From Spirochaetia bacterium (GTDB lineage: Bacteria; Spirochaetota; Spirochaetia; DSM-2461): a stretch of DNA of 64,000 nucleotides. Shown one piece after another: positions 28,816 to 39,639 of this stretch. Made by a program: the position numbers and the translations under genes. The notes below the pieces were generated by a model. It was given only the letters and a program-made list of their open reading frames with translations, ran no database searches and was not told the origin of the DNA. Each line of letters starts with the position of its first letter. The stretch's first letter is position 1. The DNA is taken from assembly GCA_963668315.1 (NCBI GenBank), contig OY764216.1:4096001-4160000 (forward strand), written 5' to 3'.

Positions 28816-29520
28816 TTAATGTCCCAGATAGGCGGATTTTATTTTTTCGCTGTTCAGAAGTTCGTCCCGGGAGCCTTCCAGAACGATCCGGCCGTTCTCC
28901 ATGACATAACTGCGGTCCGAAAGGGCCACCGCCTCCTTGGCGTTCTGCTCCACCAGAAGGACAGTCACACCGTGGCTTTTAATCGTCTTGATCGTCTCAA
29001 AGACCTCTTTCGTCAGCAGGGGGGATAAGCCGATGGAAGGCTCATCCAGGATCAGCAGCTTGGGTGCGGACATCAGTCCCCGGGCGATAGCCACCATCTG
29101 CTGCTGGCCGCCGCTCATGGTCCCCACGATCTGCGCCTTTCTCTCTTTCAGAATGGGAAACAGTTCGTAGCAGAAATCCAGATTGGCCTTTTTGATTCTC
29201 CGCGCCTCATAGGTGTAAGCCCCCAGTTCCAGGTTCTCCAGAACAGTCATATCCGTAAAGAGCTGCCGTCCCTCGGGAACCTGAACCAGACCCCTCTGAA
29301 CGATCTCGTTCTGGGGAATATTGTCGATACGCCGGTCCTGAAAATGGATCTCTCCGGCACTGTTATGGACAAATCCCGAAATCGTTCTTAACAGGGTGGT
29401 CTTTCCCGCTCCGTTGGAACCGATCAGGGAGACGAATTCCGTCGGTTTTACATGAAAGGACACCTCATGGAGAACTTTCAGCTCCCCGTATCCCGAAGAT
29501 AGATTTTCCACTCTTAGCAT
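28816..29520 (-). CDS. Branched-chain amino acid-type ABC ATPase (LivF-like)
   Basis: GSNGAGKT, VPEGR, MSGGQQQM, LDEPS, LVEQN. Confidence 0.93.
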   Translation of the reverse strand: MLRVENLSSGYGELKVLHEVSFHVKPTEFVSLIGSNGAGKTTLLRTISGFVHNSAGEIHFQDRRIDNIPQNEIVQRGLVQVPEGRQLFTDMTVLENLELGAYTYEARRIKKANLDFCYELFPILKERKAQIVGTMSGGQQQMVAIARGLMSAPKLLILDEPSIGLSPLLTKEVFETIKTIKSHGVTVLLVEQNAKEAVALSDRSYVMENGRIVLEGSRDELLNSEKIKSAYLGH

Positions 29521-29522
29521 TG

Positions 29523-30236
29523 TCACACTCCTCCCAGATAGGCTTCGATAACCATCGGGTCTTCCATAACGGCCTTGGGCGTGCCCTCGGCGATTTTTTC
29601 TCCATGGTGAATAACCATCACCTTGTCGGAGAGCTTGGTCACGGCCTGCATGAGATGCTCGATAAAACAGACGGTGATGCCGCTCTCCCGAATTTTGTAG
29701 ATAAGGCCGATCATTTCCTCCACCTCCACGGGGTTCAGACCGGACATCACCTCATCCAGGAATAGCAGCTGAGGCTGAGTCGCCAGGGCCCGGGCCATCT
29801 CGACTTTTTTCTGTTCCACGAAGGTCAGATCCTTCATGCGGATATCGGCTTTTTGGGAAAGGCCGACAAAATGGAGCCTCTCCCGGGCCAGCTCTGAAGC
29901 TTCGGCCGCTTTCTTGATGCGGTTGAAAGCGCCGACCATAACATTTTCCCTGAGCGTCAGGTTTCCGAAGGGCTGGACAATCTGAAAGGTACGGGCGATA
30001 CCGGCCTTGCAGATAAACTCAGGCTTCCAGCCGGTGATCTCCTCCCCGTTGAACTCGATGGCCCCCTCCTCGGGTGTATAGAAACCGCAGACCGTATTGA
30101 AAAAGGTACTCTTGCCCGCCCCGTTCGGACCGACGATACCGACGATCGATCCCTTCTCCACTTCCAGATTCACACCGTTGACGGCGACAAGACCCTTAAA
30201 ACGCTTTGTGACGCCGGATACTTTCAATATAGACAT
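29523..30236 (-). CDS. Branched-chain amino acid-type ABC ATPase (LivG-like)
   Basis: GPNGAGKST, GIARTFQ, LDEV, IEH, EAYLG. Confidence 0.93.
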   Translation of the reverse strand: MSILKVSGVTKRFKGLVAVNGVNLEVEKGSIVGIVGPNGAGKSTFFNTVCGFYTPEEGAIEFNGEEITGWKPEFICKAGIARTFQIVQPFGNLTLRENVMVGAFNRIKKAAEASELARERLHFVGLSQKADIRMKDLTFVEQKKVEMARALATQPQLLFLDEVMSGLNPVEVEEMIGLIYKIRESGITVCFIEHLMQAVTKLSDKVMVIHHGEKIAEGTPKAVMEDPMVIEAYLGGV

Positions 30237-31249
30237 TATTCGCTCCTCCCCTGCTTAACAGACTTGAGAAAGGGGATTCTTTCCTTAACAACACTCCAGA
30301 CCTTGAGAAGAGGCTTTTTGATCCGGTCGAAAATACTGACGATGCCGTCGGGCAGAAACAGAATGATCACGATTACCAGAACGCCGTAGATGACCAGATG
30401 GAGACCGGGAAACCGGCTGAAGTAGGCGCTGGTGATCTCGCTGAGGGGCACCGTAAAGAGAGCGCCGACCAAAGGACCCCAGACCGATCCGGTTCCGCCT
30501 ATTACCGCGGGAAGGAGAATATCCACCGAGGTGGAGTTGCCGAAGGCTTTCACCGGATCGATGTACAGAATGTACTGGGTATAGAAGGAGCCGCCGACCG
30601 CGGTGAGAAGGGAACTGAGCCCGATGGCGATCATCTTATTTTTGTAGGTATTCACACCGAGGGACTGGGCGGCGTCTTCGTTTTCCCTGATGGCGACCAG
30701 GTCGAATCCCAGTCTGGAACGGCTGATCTTCCCTGTCAGGAAGGTGATCAGAACCAGGAAGAGGCCGATAACGTAGTAGTACCCCTGCCCCGTATTGAAC
30801 TGGAAGTTCATAAAACCGGGCTTAAGAGGAACCAGTACGCCCATGGTCTTGTTCATGAAAGCCGTATTTTCCACAATGATCCGGCAGATCTCGGCAAAGG
30901 CCAGCGTCGCCAGGGTAAAGTAGGCACCCTTCAGATGGTAGCGGAAGCTGAGGAATCCGATGAACAGACCCACCAGGGCCGCCAGTGCGGCGCCGGCCAG
31001 GGTGCCGATCCAGGGATTGATTCCGAGCTTCACGAAAAGCAGGGACGATGTATAGGCTCCGATTCCGTAGAAAGCGCCGTGGCCGAAGGAAAACTGTCCC
31101 GAGTAGCCGCTCATGATATTCCAGGCCTGACTCACATAGGCATAGAACATCAGCATAATGACCATATGAAGGAAATAATCGTTCACCATAAAGGGAAGAG
31201 AGGCGAACAGGGCCAGAATTATTGCTGCAAAAATCAGTTTTTTCATCAT
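30236..31249 (-). CDS. Branched-chain amino acid-type ABC permease (LivM-like)
   Basis: GYSGQFSFGH, AIRENEDAA, GGTGS. Confidence 0.92.
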   Translation of the reverse strand: MMKKLIFAAIILALFASLPFMVNDYFLHMVIMLMFYAYVSQAWNIMSGYSGQFSFGHGAFYGIGAYTSSLLFVKLGINPWIGTLAGAALAALVGLFIGFLSFRYHLKGAYFTLATLAFAEICRIIVENTAFMNKTMGVLVPLKPGFMNFQFNTGQGYYYVIGLFLVLITFLTGKISRSRLGFDLVAIRENEDAAQSLGVNTYKNKMIAIGLSSLLTAVGGSFYTQYILYIDPVKAFGNSTSVDILLPAVIGGTGSVWGPLVGALFTVPLSEITSAYFSRFPGLHLVIYGVLVIVIILFLPDGIVSIFDRIKKPLLKVWSVVKERIPFLKSVKQGRSE

Positions 31250-32121
31250 TTTTTCACCTTCCCGCCGAAGATTCCGTTCGGCCTGAGCATAAGAACCAGG
31301 ACGAAGAGAACGAAAGTCAGAATCTCTTTCCAGCTTCCCGACATATAGGCTCCTCCCACCGATTCGGCCAGACCGATCAAAAGGCCGCCGACCAGGGCGC
31401 CTACGAAGTTGCCCAGACCGCCGAGAACGACCACGACGAATCCTCTGGTGACGAAGCTCGCTCCCACGGTGGGAGTGGCGTAGAAGAAGGGTACGATGAG
31501 AGAACCGGCAATACCGGCCAGAGCCGTGCCGAGACCGAAGGTCATATAATTAATCCACTTTACATTGATTCCAACGATAGCCGCGCCGCTTCGGGTATTC
31601 GCCGTAGCGCGGATCGCTTTTCCCAGTGTCGTTTTTTTCAAAAGCCAGAAAAGGAAAGCCGTCAGCACCAGGGTGAACAGAAAGGCAATTCCCCTGGGTT
31701 TATTTATCAGAAGAGATCCCACTTCGATGGGCGACTGAAGTGACGGAAGGGAGAGAGAACGGGGATCGGGGCTGCAGGTCAGCAGTATGAGGTTCTCCAG
31801 CACCATCATGATACCCATGGTCACGAGCAGCTGATTGTGCTCGGGGGCGTCCATCGTCTTCTGCAGAAGTGTCCCCTGCAGCAGGAGTCCCAAGACGAAA
31901 AGGGCGATAATTGAAACGGGGATGGTGATATAGGGACTTATCCCCATGGCGTTGCTGAGACCGTAGGTAATGTACATTCCCAGCATCATGAATGATCCCT
32001 GGGCGAAGTTAATCATCTTCATGACTCCGAAGATCATGGTTAATCCGACGCCGAAGAGACCGTAGATACCGCCCATCAGAATTCCGTCTATAATTGATTG
32101 AAATAACAGATTCATATCCAT
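31246..32121 (-). CDS. Branched-chain amino acid-type ABC permease (LivH-like)
   Basis: GLTMIFGV..INFAQG, GKAIRA, VVVLGGLG. Confidence 0.92.
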   Translation of the reverse strand: MDMNLLFQSIIDGILMGGIYGLFGVGLTMIFGVMKMINFAQGSFMMLGMYITYGLSNAMGISPYITIPVSIIALFVLGLLLQGTLLQKTMDAPEHNQLLVTMGIMMVLENLILLTCSPDPRSLSLPSLQSPIEVGSLLINKPRGIAFLFTLVLTAFLFWLLKKTTLGKAIRATANTRSGAAIVGINVKWINYMTFGLGTALAGIAGSLIVPFFYATPTVGASFVTRGFVVVVLGGLGNFVGALVGGLLIGLAESVGGAYMSGSWKEILTFVLFVLVLMLRPNGIFGGKVKK

Positions 32122-32135
32122 ATAAGATCCTTGAA

Positions 32136-32177
32136 AAGAGGCCGCCACCGGACAGGTACGCCGACAGGCGGCCTCTT
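32136..32177. other. Intergenic stem-loop after the SBP gene
   Basis: AAGAGGCCGCC (32136-32146) / GGCGGCCTCTT (32167-32177). Confidence 0.6.
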
Positions 32178-32193
32178 CTTGTTTTTAATTGAT

Positions 32194-33411
32194 TTACTGA
32201 ACGATGATATCGGTCTGCTTGAATTCCTCGGGGAAGACAACCAGGGATTTTCCGTCAATAATCTGACTCATAACGGCGGCCGCATTCTTGTTCTGTCCGT
32301 CTTCACCGAAGACAACTGCCTCCTGGGGAAGAATATGGTCGGTATAGCTGGTCTTTCTCAGAGCTTCCATGATGGCCGTGGTATCGGTGGTACCGGCGGC
32401 CTCTACGGCCTGGAGAAGAACCTTGGTCGCTTCATAGGAGTAAGCGGCGTTGGGACCCATCTCTTTTCCCGTGGCAGCCAGATAGTCGGCTTTGACCTTG
32501 TCGGCCAGGGCGCTTTTGGGGTTGATGGTGTAGTTGACATCCATGAGGTACTGGTTAAGCTCGGTTTCCCCGGAAATGAAGCTGGCGTTGCTGATGGCGC
32601 CGTTGGCGACACCGACGATGGCCTTGGGAGCGAAGTTGGAACTCTTCATGGTCTGGAACAGAAGTTTTCCGTCTCCCAGATAGGTAATGGGGATGACCAG
32701 ATCGGGATTGAGGGACTTGATCTTGTTCACATCGGAGGTCAGCTCGGCCGCACCGGCGGAATGGGGCATGACCTCCAGGATCTCCAGTCCCACTTCGGGA
32801 GCATGCTCTTCGAGATAGGCGGCGATGCTGGAACCGAAGACAGACTGCTCATGGGCAATGACGGCGGTCTTGAGTTCTCCGCCGAAAGCCTCATTAAGGG
32901 CGGGGTAGAACTTCAGAAAATTATCGGCCATGACCGATGCGGGGGGCTGAAGCCGGAAGGTATATTTGAAACCTCTTTCGGTAACGGAATCAACGGCGCT
33001 GATAGTCGTCACAAAGGGAATCTTCTGCCTCTCGCACTCCTGAGTGGCCGATAGAGTCACACCGCTGGAATAGGAACCGAGAACACCGACAACACCTTCG
33101 CGGACCATTCTCTGAACTTCGGATACACCCTTTTCGGCTTTCATCTCATGGTCGCCCACGACGACTTCCACCTTGGCGCCTCCCAGGGATTTGATTCCCC
33201 CCGCCGCGTTAATCTCTTCCACGGCCATCATAACGGCGTCGTTCATCTGCTGGCCTTCCAGAGCGGAAGAACCGCTTATGGGATGGAGAGAACCGATTTT
33301 AATCACGCTGACTTCTGCCGCGCCATTACCGGCCTCTTTCTTGGAACAGGAAGCTGTCACCAGAATCATGGCGCAGGCTGCCAAACCCAATACGATCTTA
33401 CTTAATTTCAT
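32194..33411 (-). CDS. LivJ/K-type ABC substrate-binding lipoprotein
   Basis: Lipobox TASC, IKIG..P.SG, EINAAGG, GSYSSG, YTFR. Confidence 0.92.
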   Translation of the reverse strand: MKLSKIVLGLAACAMILVTASCSKKEAGNGAAEVSVIKIGSLHPISGSSALEGQQMNDAVMMAVEEINAAGGIKSLGGAKVEVVVGDHEMKAEKGVSEVQRMVREGVVGVLGSYSSGVTLSATQECERQKIPFVTTISAVDSVTERGFKYTFRLQPPASVMADNFLKFYPALNEAFGGELKTAVIAHEQSVFGSSIAAYLEEHAPEVGLEILEVMPHSAGAAELTSDVNKIKSLNPDLVIPITYLGDGKLLFQTMKSSNFAPKAIVGVANGAISNASFISGETELNQYLMDVNYTINPKSALADKVKADYLAATGKEMGPNAAYSYEATKVLLQAVEAAGTTDTTAIMEALRKTSYTDHILPQEAVVFGEDGQNKNAAAVMSQIIDGKSLVVFPEEFKQTDIIVQ

Positions 33412-33451
33412 CACTTTCTCCTTATTTCTTTTCAATGAAATAGTTACTGAA

Positions 33452-34198
33452 TTATTTATTGTGCCCCATCTGCCTGGATATAATCGTTGAGGCTTCCATT
33501 AATTTCTCGATATATCCATCCACATGCACGGTAATCCTGTCGGCCGGTCCCGATAGGGACAGACAGCCTATGACACTACCGTTCAATCCGAAAAGAGGAG
33601 AGGAAATGGCCGCCAGACCGGCAATACGGTTCCCGACGGAGACATAACTTCCCTTTTCCCTTATCCCGGCGAGAATCCCTTCCAATTCCTCCATCTGCCC
33701 GGTATCCAGGCCATCCTGTTCCATAATGCTTTTCCGGGATTCCCGATCTTCATAGGCAAGAAGTGTTCTGCCGGCGGCTCCGAAACAGGGGGAGAGCCGC
33801 TCTCCTATTTTTACAAAACTCCTTATTTCATGGGAGCTTTCCAGCATCTCCACACAGACTCTCCGGCCGTAGTGAAGGACATTGAGATTGACCGTTTCTC
33901 CGGTCGCCTCGTTCAGCGTCCTCATGAGGGGGAGCGCTTTGTTTCTCAGGTTCATTCCCAGCCCGTAGACCTGTCCAAGAAAGTAAAGCTTGAAGCCGAG
34001 ACGGTACTTCCGGGAAACCTCGTCCTGCTCAATGAAGCTTTTGGCCTTGAGCGTACCTAAAAGTCTGACAACCGTACTTTTAGGAAGAGAGTGCAGCTCT
34101 GCCAGCTCGGCAACGGAATATTCCTGTCTGCTGGAACTGAAGGAATCCAGTAGATCAAGGGCGCGTGCTACGGATGTCACAAGATCGTCATTCTGCAT
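33452..34198 (-). CDS. IclR family transcriptional regulator
   Basis: SVARALDLL, LPKSTVVRLL, YRLG, TGETVNL, LSLSGP. Start moved to ATG 34198 (GGGGAG SD). Confidence 0.92.
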   Translation of the reverse strand: MQNDDLVTSVARALDLLDSFSSSRQEYSVAELAELHSLPKSTVVRLLGTLKAKSFIEQDEVSRKYRLGFKLYFLGQVYGLGMNLRNKALPLMRTLNEATGETVNLNVLHYGRRVCVEMLESSHEIRSFVKIGERLSPCFGAAGRTLLAYEDRESRKSIMEQDGLDTGQMEELEGILAGIREKGSYVSVGNRIAGLAAISSPLFGLNGSVIGCLSLSGPADRITVHVDGYIEKLMEASTIISRQMGHNK

Positions 34199-34220
34199 TA
34201 TTTCAAACTCTCCCCGATTG

Positions 34221-34249
34221 CGTTTCACCATACGGAACGCATTCCGTAT
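34221..34249. promoter_or_regulatory. Putative IclR operator palindromes
   Basis: CGTTTCACCATACGGAACG (34221-34239) overlapping ATACGGAA-CGCA-TTCCGTAT (34230-34249), just upstream of iclR. Confidence 0.55.
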
Positions 34250-34473
34250 CTTGGTATACACTCTCTATAACAAAAGATATGCCAAGTAGGGAAAACCGGG
34301 AGAGAGGATTAACTCTATATTTCTATTTCATAGATATTTATGTTTTATTGATGGGATAAAAAAAAAGAAGGAAAACAAATGGCAACATATGTTTTCCTTC
34401 CAATTTGTAGCTTAAGTTCGCTTCTTTTACATTTATGTTCAGTCCATTTTCCGAGTAATCATCAACCGGGAAA

Positions 34474-36438
34474 TCAAAATTCCTCAAATTCTCCGAGATC
34501 CTCTTCGGAAATCCTTTTCTCCGCCTCCTTCGGTTCAGCCCCGGGTGCAGGGGTCGGAGGAAGCAGGGGGCCTGGGGCAGTCTCCCTCTTCCTGCCTGCC
34601 CCGGGCCCGGTCTGATTTACCCTCTGTTTCCCGGGAGTCTGCCCGGTGTTCCCCAGCTTGAAATAGAGCATCAGCTCCTTCAGCTGTTCCGCCTGGTGGG
34701 AAAGGTTTTCCGATGTGGCCGCCAGCTCCTCCGAAGAGGAAGCATTGCTCTGAATCGTCTGATCCAGATGCTGTATGGCCGTGGTTATCTGATCCACGCC
34801 GGACTGCTGCTCCCGGCTGGAGGCACTGATTTCCTTCACCAGATCGGCGGTTTTCTCAATGTCGGGCACGACCTTGGCCAGTTTTTCTCCGGAAGACCGG
34901 GACAGAGAAACCGTCGTGGATGCCAATTGGGTAATCTCTCCGGCGGCCGTCTGGCTCTGCTCGGCCAGTTTGCGAACTTCCGCGGCGACAACGGCGAAAC
35001 CCTTTCCGTACTCCCCTGCCCGGGCGGCCTCAATGGCCGCATTCAGAGCCAGCATGTTGGTGCTGCGGGAAATCTCTTCGATTATACCGATTTTTTCGGC
35101 GATGAAATTCATAGCTTCAATAGCTTCGTTAACGGTCTTGCCCCCTTCCTTGGCGTCGAGGGCGGCCTTGGTCGAGATATCCTCGGTCAATTTGGCGTTT
35201 TCTGCATTCTGGGAGATATTGGCATTCATCTGCACCATGGAACTGGAGACCTCTTCGGCGTTGGCCGCCTGCTCGGTAGCCCCGCTTGAGAGCATCTGGC
35301 TCGATTCGTTCACCTGCATACTGCTGTTGGCGATGCTGTTGGAAGCGGTGATAACCTGACTGACGATTTTCTTGAAACTGCCTGCCATATCGTGAAGGGA
35401 TTGTGCCAGAAGACCGATTTCGTCGGTTCTTTCCCGCAGTTTTTCTTCCACGTCAATGGTAAGGTCCCCCGAAGCCAGAACTTTCACCTTTTCCGACAGA
35501 ACCTTAATGGGCCTTGAAAAGGCGTTCCCCAGAAAGACTCCGAGAAGGATACCGAACAGTACCCAGAAGATTCCTATCATGGACATCTGTGTTTTTAGTC
35601 TGTCCAGGGATTTCAAAGCGGTTTTCTCCGGTATGTTGATGGCCACATCCCAGCCGAATTCCCCTATGGGCGTATAGGCGACAAACAGACGGTCACGCCT
35701 CGTGCCGTATTCACCGATACCCCTGCCGCCGGCCATCATATCCTTAACGATAGCCCCGAGTCCGGTAAAACTGGAATTCGTTTTTTCCAGTTCGGTCGCA
35801 TCAATCTTGGCGGCCACCATGGCAGGATCGGTATGGGCGACCGGCCAGGGATCACTGGAAATAATGAAGTTGGAGGCTCCCTCTCCGTTATCCACCGTCT
35901 GCAGATATTCGCTCAGGAATTCGGCATTTCTCTGCCCGATCAGAACGCCCCTCAGGACGCCGTCCCGCATAATGGGAACGGCGATCAGTACGGTGAGCAG
36001 GTCCTCTTCCCCCTCTACGGCGCTGAAAACGGGATCTGAGATAGCCGGGACTTTCTCCCTCAGGACCTTCTGCATATAGGCCCTTCCCGAAAGATCCGGT
36101 GTCGCACCCGTAACAAGGTGGAGGATCCCGTTCGTATCGGCGGGTGTGATGGAATTGAACCCCAGCCGGGCCGACTCAACCGCCAGTGCGTCATACATCT
36201 CCGGGGAGTAGTCGAAGGTAAGGTAGCGGGTAATCGCGCTCATTTCGATGAACTGACTGTCTATCCAGTTCTCAAATCCATCGGCCAGTTTATCCGCCTC
36301 CGATTCAAGACGGGACTCCACCTCCGCCCGTAGAGCCCGCTGTGAAGTGAAAAAAGAGAAGAGACTCAAGCTGATGATAATGATCAGAGAGGTTCCCACA
36401 AAACTGATAATCTGCTTTGTCCTTACAGAAATGTTCAT
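34474..36438 (-). CDS. Methyl-accepting chemotaxis protein (dCache-HAMP-MA)
   Basis: [34 protein letters not shown] hairpin, two TM helices, C-terminal EFEEF pentapeptide. Confidence 0.96.
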   Translation of the reverse strand: MNISVRTKQIISFVGTSLIIIISLSLFSFFTSQRALRAEVESRLESEADKLADGFENWIDSQFIEMSAITRYLTFDYSPEMYDALAVESARLGFNSITPADTNGILHLVTGATPDLSGRAYMQKVLREKVPAISDPVFSAVEGEEDLLTVLIAVPIMRDGVLRGVLIGQRNAEFLSEYLQTVDNGEGASNFIISSDPWPVAHTDPAMVAAKIDATELEKTNSSFTGLGAIVKDMMAGGRGIGEYGTRRDRLFVAYTPIGEFGWDVAINIPEKTALKSLDRLKTQMSMIGIFWVLFGILLGVFLGNAFSRPIKVLSEKVKVLASGDLTIDVEEKLRERTDEIGLLAQSLHDMAGSFKKIVSQVITASNSIANSSMQVNESSQMLSSGATEQAANAEEVSSSMVQMNANISQNAENAKLTEDISTKAALDAKEGGKTVNEAIEAMNFIAEKIGIIEEISRSTNMLALNAAIEAARAGEYGKGFAVVAAEVRKLAEQSQTAAGEITQLASTTVSLSRSSGEKLAKVVPDIEKTADLVKEISASSREQQSGVDQITTAIQHLDQTIQSNASSSEELAATSENLSHQAEQLKELMLYFKLGNTGQTPGKQRVNQTGPGAGRKRETAPGPLLPPTPAPGAEPKEAEKRISEEDLGEFEEF

Positions 36439-36524
36439 AATAATTTCCTTTCATATTTTATAAAATAGATTCTAAAATTCCATAAACCTGTTTTCAAGAA
36501 AAAAAATTCCCGGCGATCCCGGAG

Positions 36525-38144
36525 TCAGTAGTCATCCCTGACCGTATATCTGTTCCTCCCCGCTTTCTTGGAATCGTACAGAGCCTCATCGGCCGAAGAG
36601 AGAAGTTTAGCCAGATTCTGCACAGATAGGGAAAACGTACCGCAGGAGATTCCGATGCTCACCGTCAGAATGGGGCTGGTGGGAGAATCGGCATGCTCTA
36701 TGGCCAGGCGCTCGATGTTTTTCATAATCCTTTCGGCGACCCTTACGGCACCCCGGCAATCGGTTTTCTCAAGAATAATGAGAAACTCCTCCCCCCCGTA
36801 ACGGCAGGGGAAATCCGTTTCCCTGGTGACGACACTCTCCAGTACTCCCGCAACCTCGCGGAGACAGACATCGCCGGCGAGATGGCCGTATCGGTCGTTG
36901 TAAAGCTTGAAATGGTCAATATCAAGCATGATAAAAGCACCGTCTCTCACAGCCTCTCCGGAAGGGTCCGACTGCTTCGACTCCTGCCAGTTCCGGATGA
37001 ACCTCTTGTTGTAGAGACCGGTCAGTTCATCACTGTTGGCCTGATTATGAAGGTCTCTGTTCTTACTGCTCAATTCATGGGTCTGAGCCTGGATAACATC
37101 CAGAAGGCCGTTGAAACTCTCGCATAGACGGCCGAATTCATCGTCACTCCCTACGGGGATCCTGAAAGTCAGGTCCCCCTCTTCCTTAATGCGGACAACA
37201 TTATGATACAGATTTTTCACGGGGAGCAGATAATGGTGGTTCATGAACTTGAGATCTCCGATGGCGACGAGAAGGACTCCCGCGATAATTATCGCCAGAT
37301 AGAAAAAAAAGGTTTTCCAGCCGAGCTGCATCAAATCCCGGTTATGCCTGATGATAATCAGAATATCATAGGGAACCGCGGGCGATCCGCGGGGAATCAT
37401 GCAATAGGATGTGATTACATCCTTCTCCCTCTCTACAAGATGGCCGTCTTCCAGCAGCTGGGTATTGCCGATCCGGGGAATCCTTGTGATATCGTTTCTC
37501 GACAGAATCTGAAAATCCACATTAATCATCTCGGAGAGGCTGTGGACAACCAAATCGGTCATCTCCCTGGCCAGGATAAGGTACCCCGCAGCATCGTCCG
37601 AATCGGAACCGGGTATGATGGGACGGGCCACCATCATATAAACCCGGGGACCGACCGTTACCAGCCCCATGGGACTGTCGCTCAGGGCAAAAGAGAAAAG
37701 CCTCTCGGAAAAGGCATCCTCCGGGAAATCCCCGGCGAAAACCGGCTCCTCTTTTTCAATATCAACGGTCATCTGCCATTTGACCGACCGGTCTTCCCTG
37801 ACGAATGACATGAGATTCAGATCCAGCGTAACGAGGGTCTCAAGGGATAGATTGCTATCGATAAAAGAGGGATTTTCCTCCCTCATAAATGCCCAGGCTT
37901 CATCCCAGACAGACCAGTCTTCACAGGTTTTTATCAGGTAATCCTCCATGGACGTTATACTTCTCTGAACCCTCTCCTTCCTGTCTATCTCCAGCATATT
38001 CTCGAACATAAGCACTTTTCTGATGAAAAGAAAATAGCCGGCCGATGTGCTTATCACCAGAAGAAAGAGGAAGGAGTATATGATATACCGTGTCAGGACC
38101 CGGGTAGCTTTGAACTCCGTTGCATGGACTTTTTTAGTAACCAT
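36525..38144 (-). CDS. Diguanylate cyclase (CHASE4-HAMP-GGDEF)
   Basis: DWSVWDE (CHASE4), DELTGLYN, DIDHFK.YND.YGH, RETD I-site, RYGGEEF. Confidence 0.93.
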   Translation of the reverse strand: MVTKKVHATEFKATRVLTRYIIYSFLFLLVISTSAGYFLFIRKVLMFENMLEIDRKERVQRSITSMEDYLIKTCEDWSVWDEAWAFMREENPSFIDSNLSLETLVTLDLNLMSFVREDRSVKWQMTVDIEKEEPVFAGDFPEDAFSERLFSFALSDSPMGLVTVGPRVYMMVARPIIPGSDSDDAAGYLILAREMTDLVVHSLSEMINVDFQILSRNDITRIPRIGNTQLLEDGHLVEREKDVITSYCMIPRGSPAVPYDILIIIRHNRDLMQLGWKTFFFYLAIIIAGVLLVAIGDLKFMNHHYLLPVKNLYHNVVRIKEEGDLTFRIPVGSDDEFGRLCESFNGLLDVIQAQTHELSSKNRDLHNQANSDELTGLYNKRFIRNWQESKQSDPSGEAVRDGAFIMLDIDHFKLYNDRYGHLAGDVCLREVAGVLESVVTRETDFPCRYGGEEFLIILEKTDCRGAVRVAERIMKNIERLAIEHADSPTSPILTVSIGISCGTFSLSVQNLAKLLSSADEALYDSKKAGRNRYTVRDDY

Positions 38145-38210
38145 GATATCAGTATAAGCGATGGGCGGAGGATTTTCCTGCCCTCCGTAAAAAACCGCCG
38201 GATTTTGCTC

Positions 38211-39584
38211 TTATGGGACATATTCAAACCAGAACTCGGTAAGCCCCCCGTCACAGGACACCCCGTAGGGCAAACCGTGGGCATCCAGAATGGTTTTCAC
38301 AATGGAGAGGCCGATGCCCGTCCCCTTGTTGCGCCCGCCGTGATGCTGGCTTCTGTGGTATTTTTCCCAGATAAGCTCATAATCTTCGGCGGAAATGGGT
38401 TCTCCCGGATTAATTACGGCGACATGGGCAGAAGCTCCTCTCTTACTGATAACGACCCTGATCAGCCCTCCGTCCGGCGTATGGTTGACCCCGTTGTTAA
38501 GAAGGTTCCGCAGTACCTGACAGATTTTCAGAGCATCCACATAGACAGGGATATCATCGGCGTAGCTGTCAAGTTGTATCTCTATCCCGTATTCAACGGT
38601 TTCCAGTTCCCGGCGGGAGATCTCCGACTCGGCGAGCTCCCGCAGATTATATTTGTCCCTGTTAAGCCTATAGTATCCCGCCTGAAGCTGGGAATAATCC
38701 AGGATATCGTCTACCATCTCGCTCATCCGACGGGATTCCCTGATAATCAGCTCCAGATCTTTGTTCCGTTTCTCATCATCCTTCCAGTCGATATCCCGTA
38801 TAAGCTCCCCGTAACCGGATATCAGCGAGAGAGGCGCCCGCAGTTCATGGGAAACATTGGCGATGACCTCCTTTCTGAGCACATCCACCCGCCTGAGCTC
38901 CTTCGACAGGTCTGCCACGGACCGGGACAGCTGGCCCAGCTCGTCATGCAGCCTGACACGGGGAGAGGCGGTAAGATCCCCCCCGGCCAGCTGATCAACC
39001 GATATCCTTATCTCCTTGACGGGCTTGACGAAGTGGGCGGCCAGGAGGGCCGCCAGCGCCGCGGTCAGAATGGTGAGGACAATACTCAAAAGAATCAGCT
39101 GATTCCGGTTCATCTGCAGAACCCGGTGAAGCTGGTCAAGGGTCTCGTAGAAGACAACGGCGGAGCGTCTGTTCTCATACTCTATGGGAATGCCGATTTC
39201 CAGGGCGATGAGATCGCTACGGTTTTTCAGAACACGGTTATAGGAGACGCCCTTCAGAAGAGCCCCGTACTCTTCGCTCTCCTTCAGATATCCCAATACC
39301 TTCTCCATGGCCGCCATGGAATCGCCGTTAAGCTCGTGCCCGGCGCTGTAGAGGGCGATGAGACGGCCGTCCCCGTCGATAATCATCATTTTGCCGTTAA
39401 CCGATCTGGAGAGGGAGGTCATCATGTTCTTATCGAAGGACCGGTTCTCCTCCAACTCTTCCAGAAGAGGCTCAAGTTTCTCCCTGATTTCCGAGGCGGT
39501 GGATTCGATGAAATTCCTCTCGAAAAAGACAATCTGAACCATCCACATGAAAGCGATGGCAAGATATACGAGCAGCATCATCAT
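38211..39584 (-). CDS. Sensor histidine kinase (OmpR-partner type, HAMP)
   Basis: ANVSHELRAPL, NLLNN, GTGIGL. True start may lie slightly upstream. Confidence 0.92.
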   Translation of the reverse strand: MMMLLVYLAIAFMWMVQIVFFERNFIESTASEIREKLEPLLEELEENRSFDKNMMTSLSRSVNGKMMIIDGDGRLIALYSAGHELNGDSMAAMEKVLGYLKESEEYGALLKGVSYNRVLKNRSDLIALEIGIPIEYENRRSAVVFYETLDQLHRVLQMNRNQLILLSIVLTILTAALAALLAAHFVKPVKEIRISVDQLAGGDLTASPRVRLHDELGQLSRSVADLSKELRRVDVLRKEVIANVSHELRAPLSLISGYGELIRDIDWKDDEKRNKDLELIIRESRRMSEMVDDILDYSQLQAGYYRLNRDKYNLRELAESEISRRELETVEYGIEIQLDSYADDIPVYVDALKICQVLRNLLNNGVNHTPDGGLIRVVISKRGASAHVAVINPGEPISAEDYELIWEKYHRSQHHGGRNKGTGIGLSIVKTILDAHGLPYGVSCDGGLTEFWFEYVP

Positions 39585-39639
39585 GAGCCAGAGGCGTACG
39601 GCGATTTTCGAACGGCAGAGAAGGGGAAGATTTTTCAGG

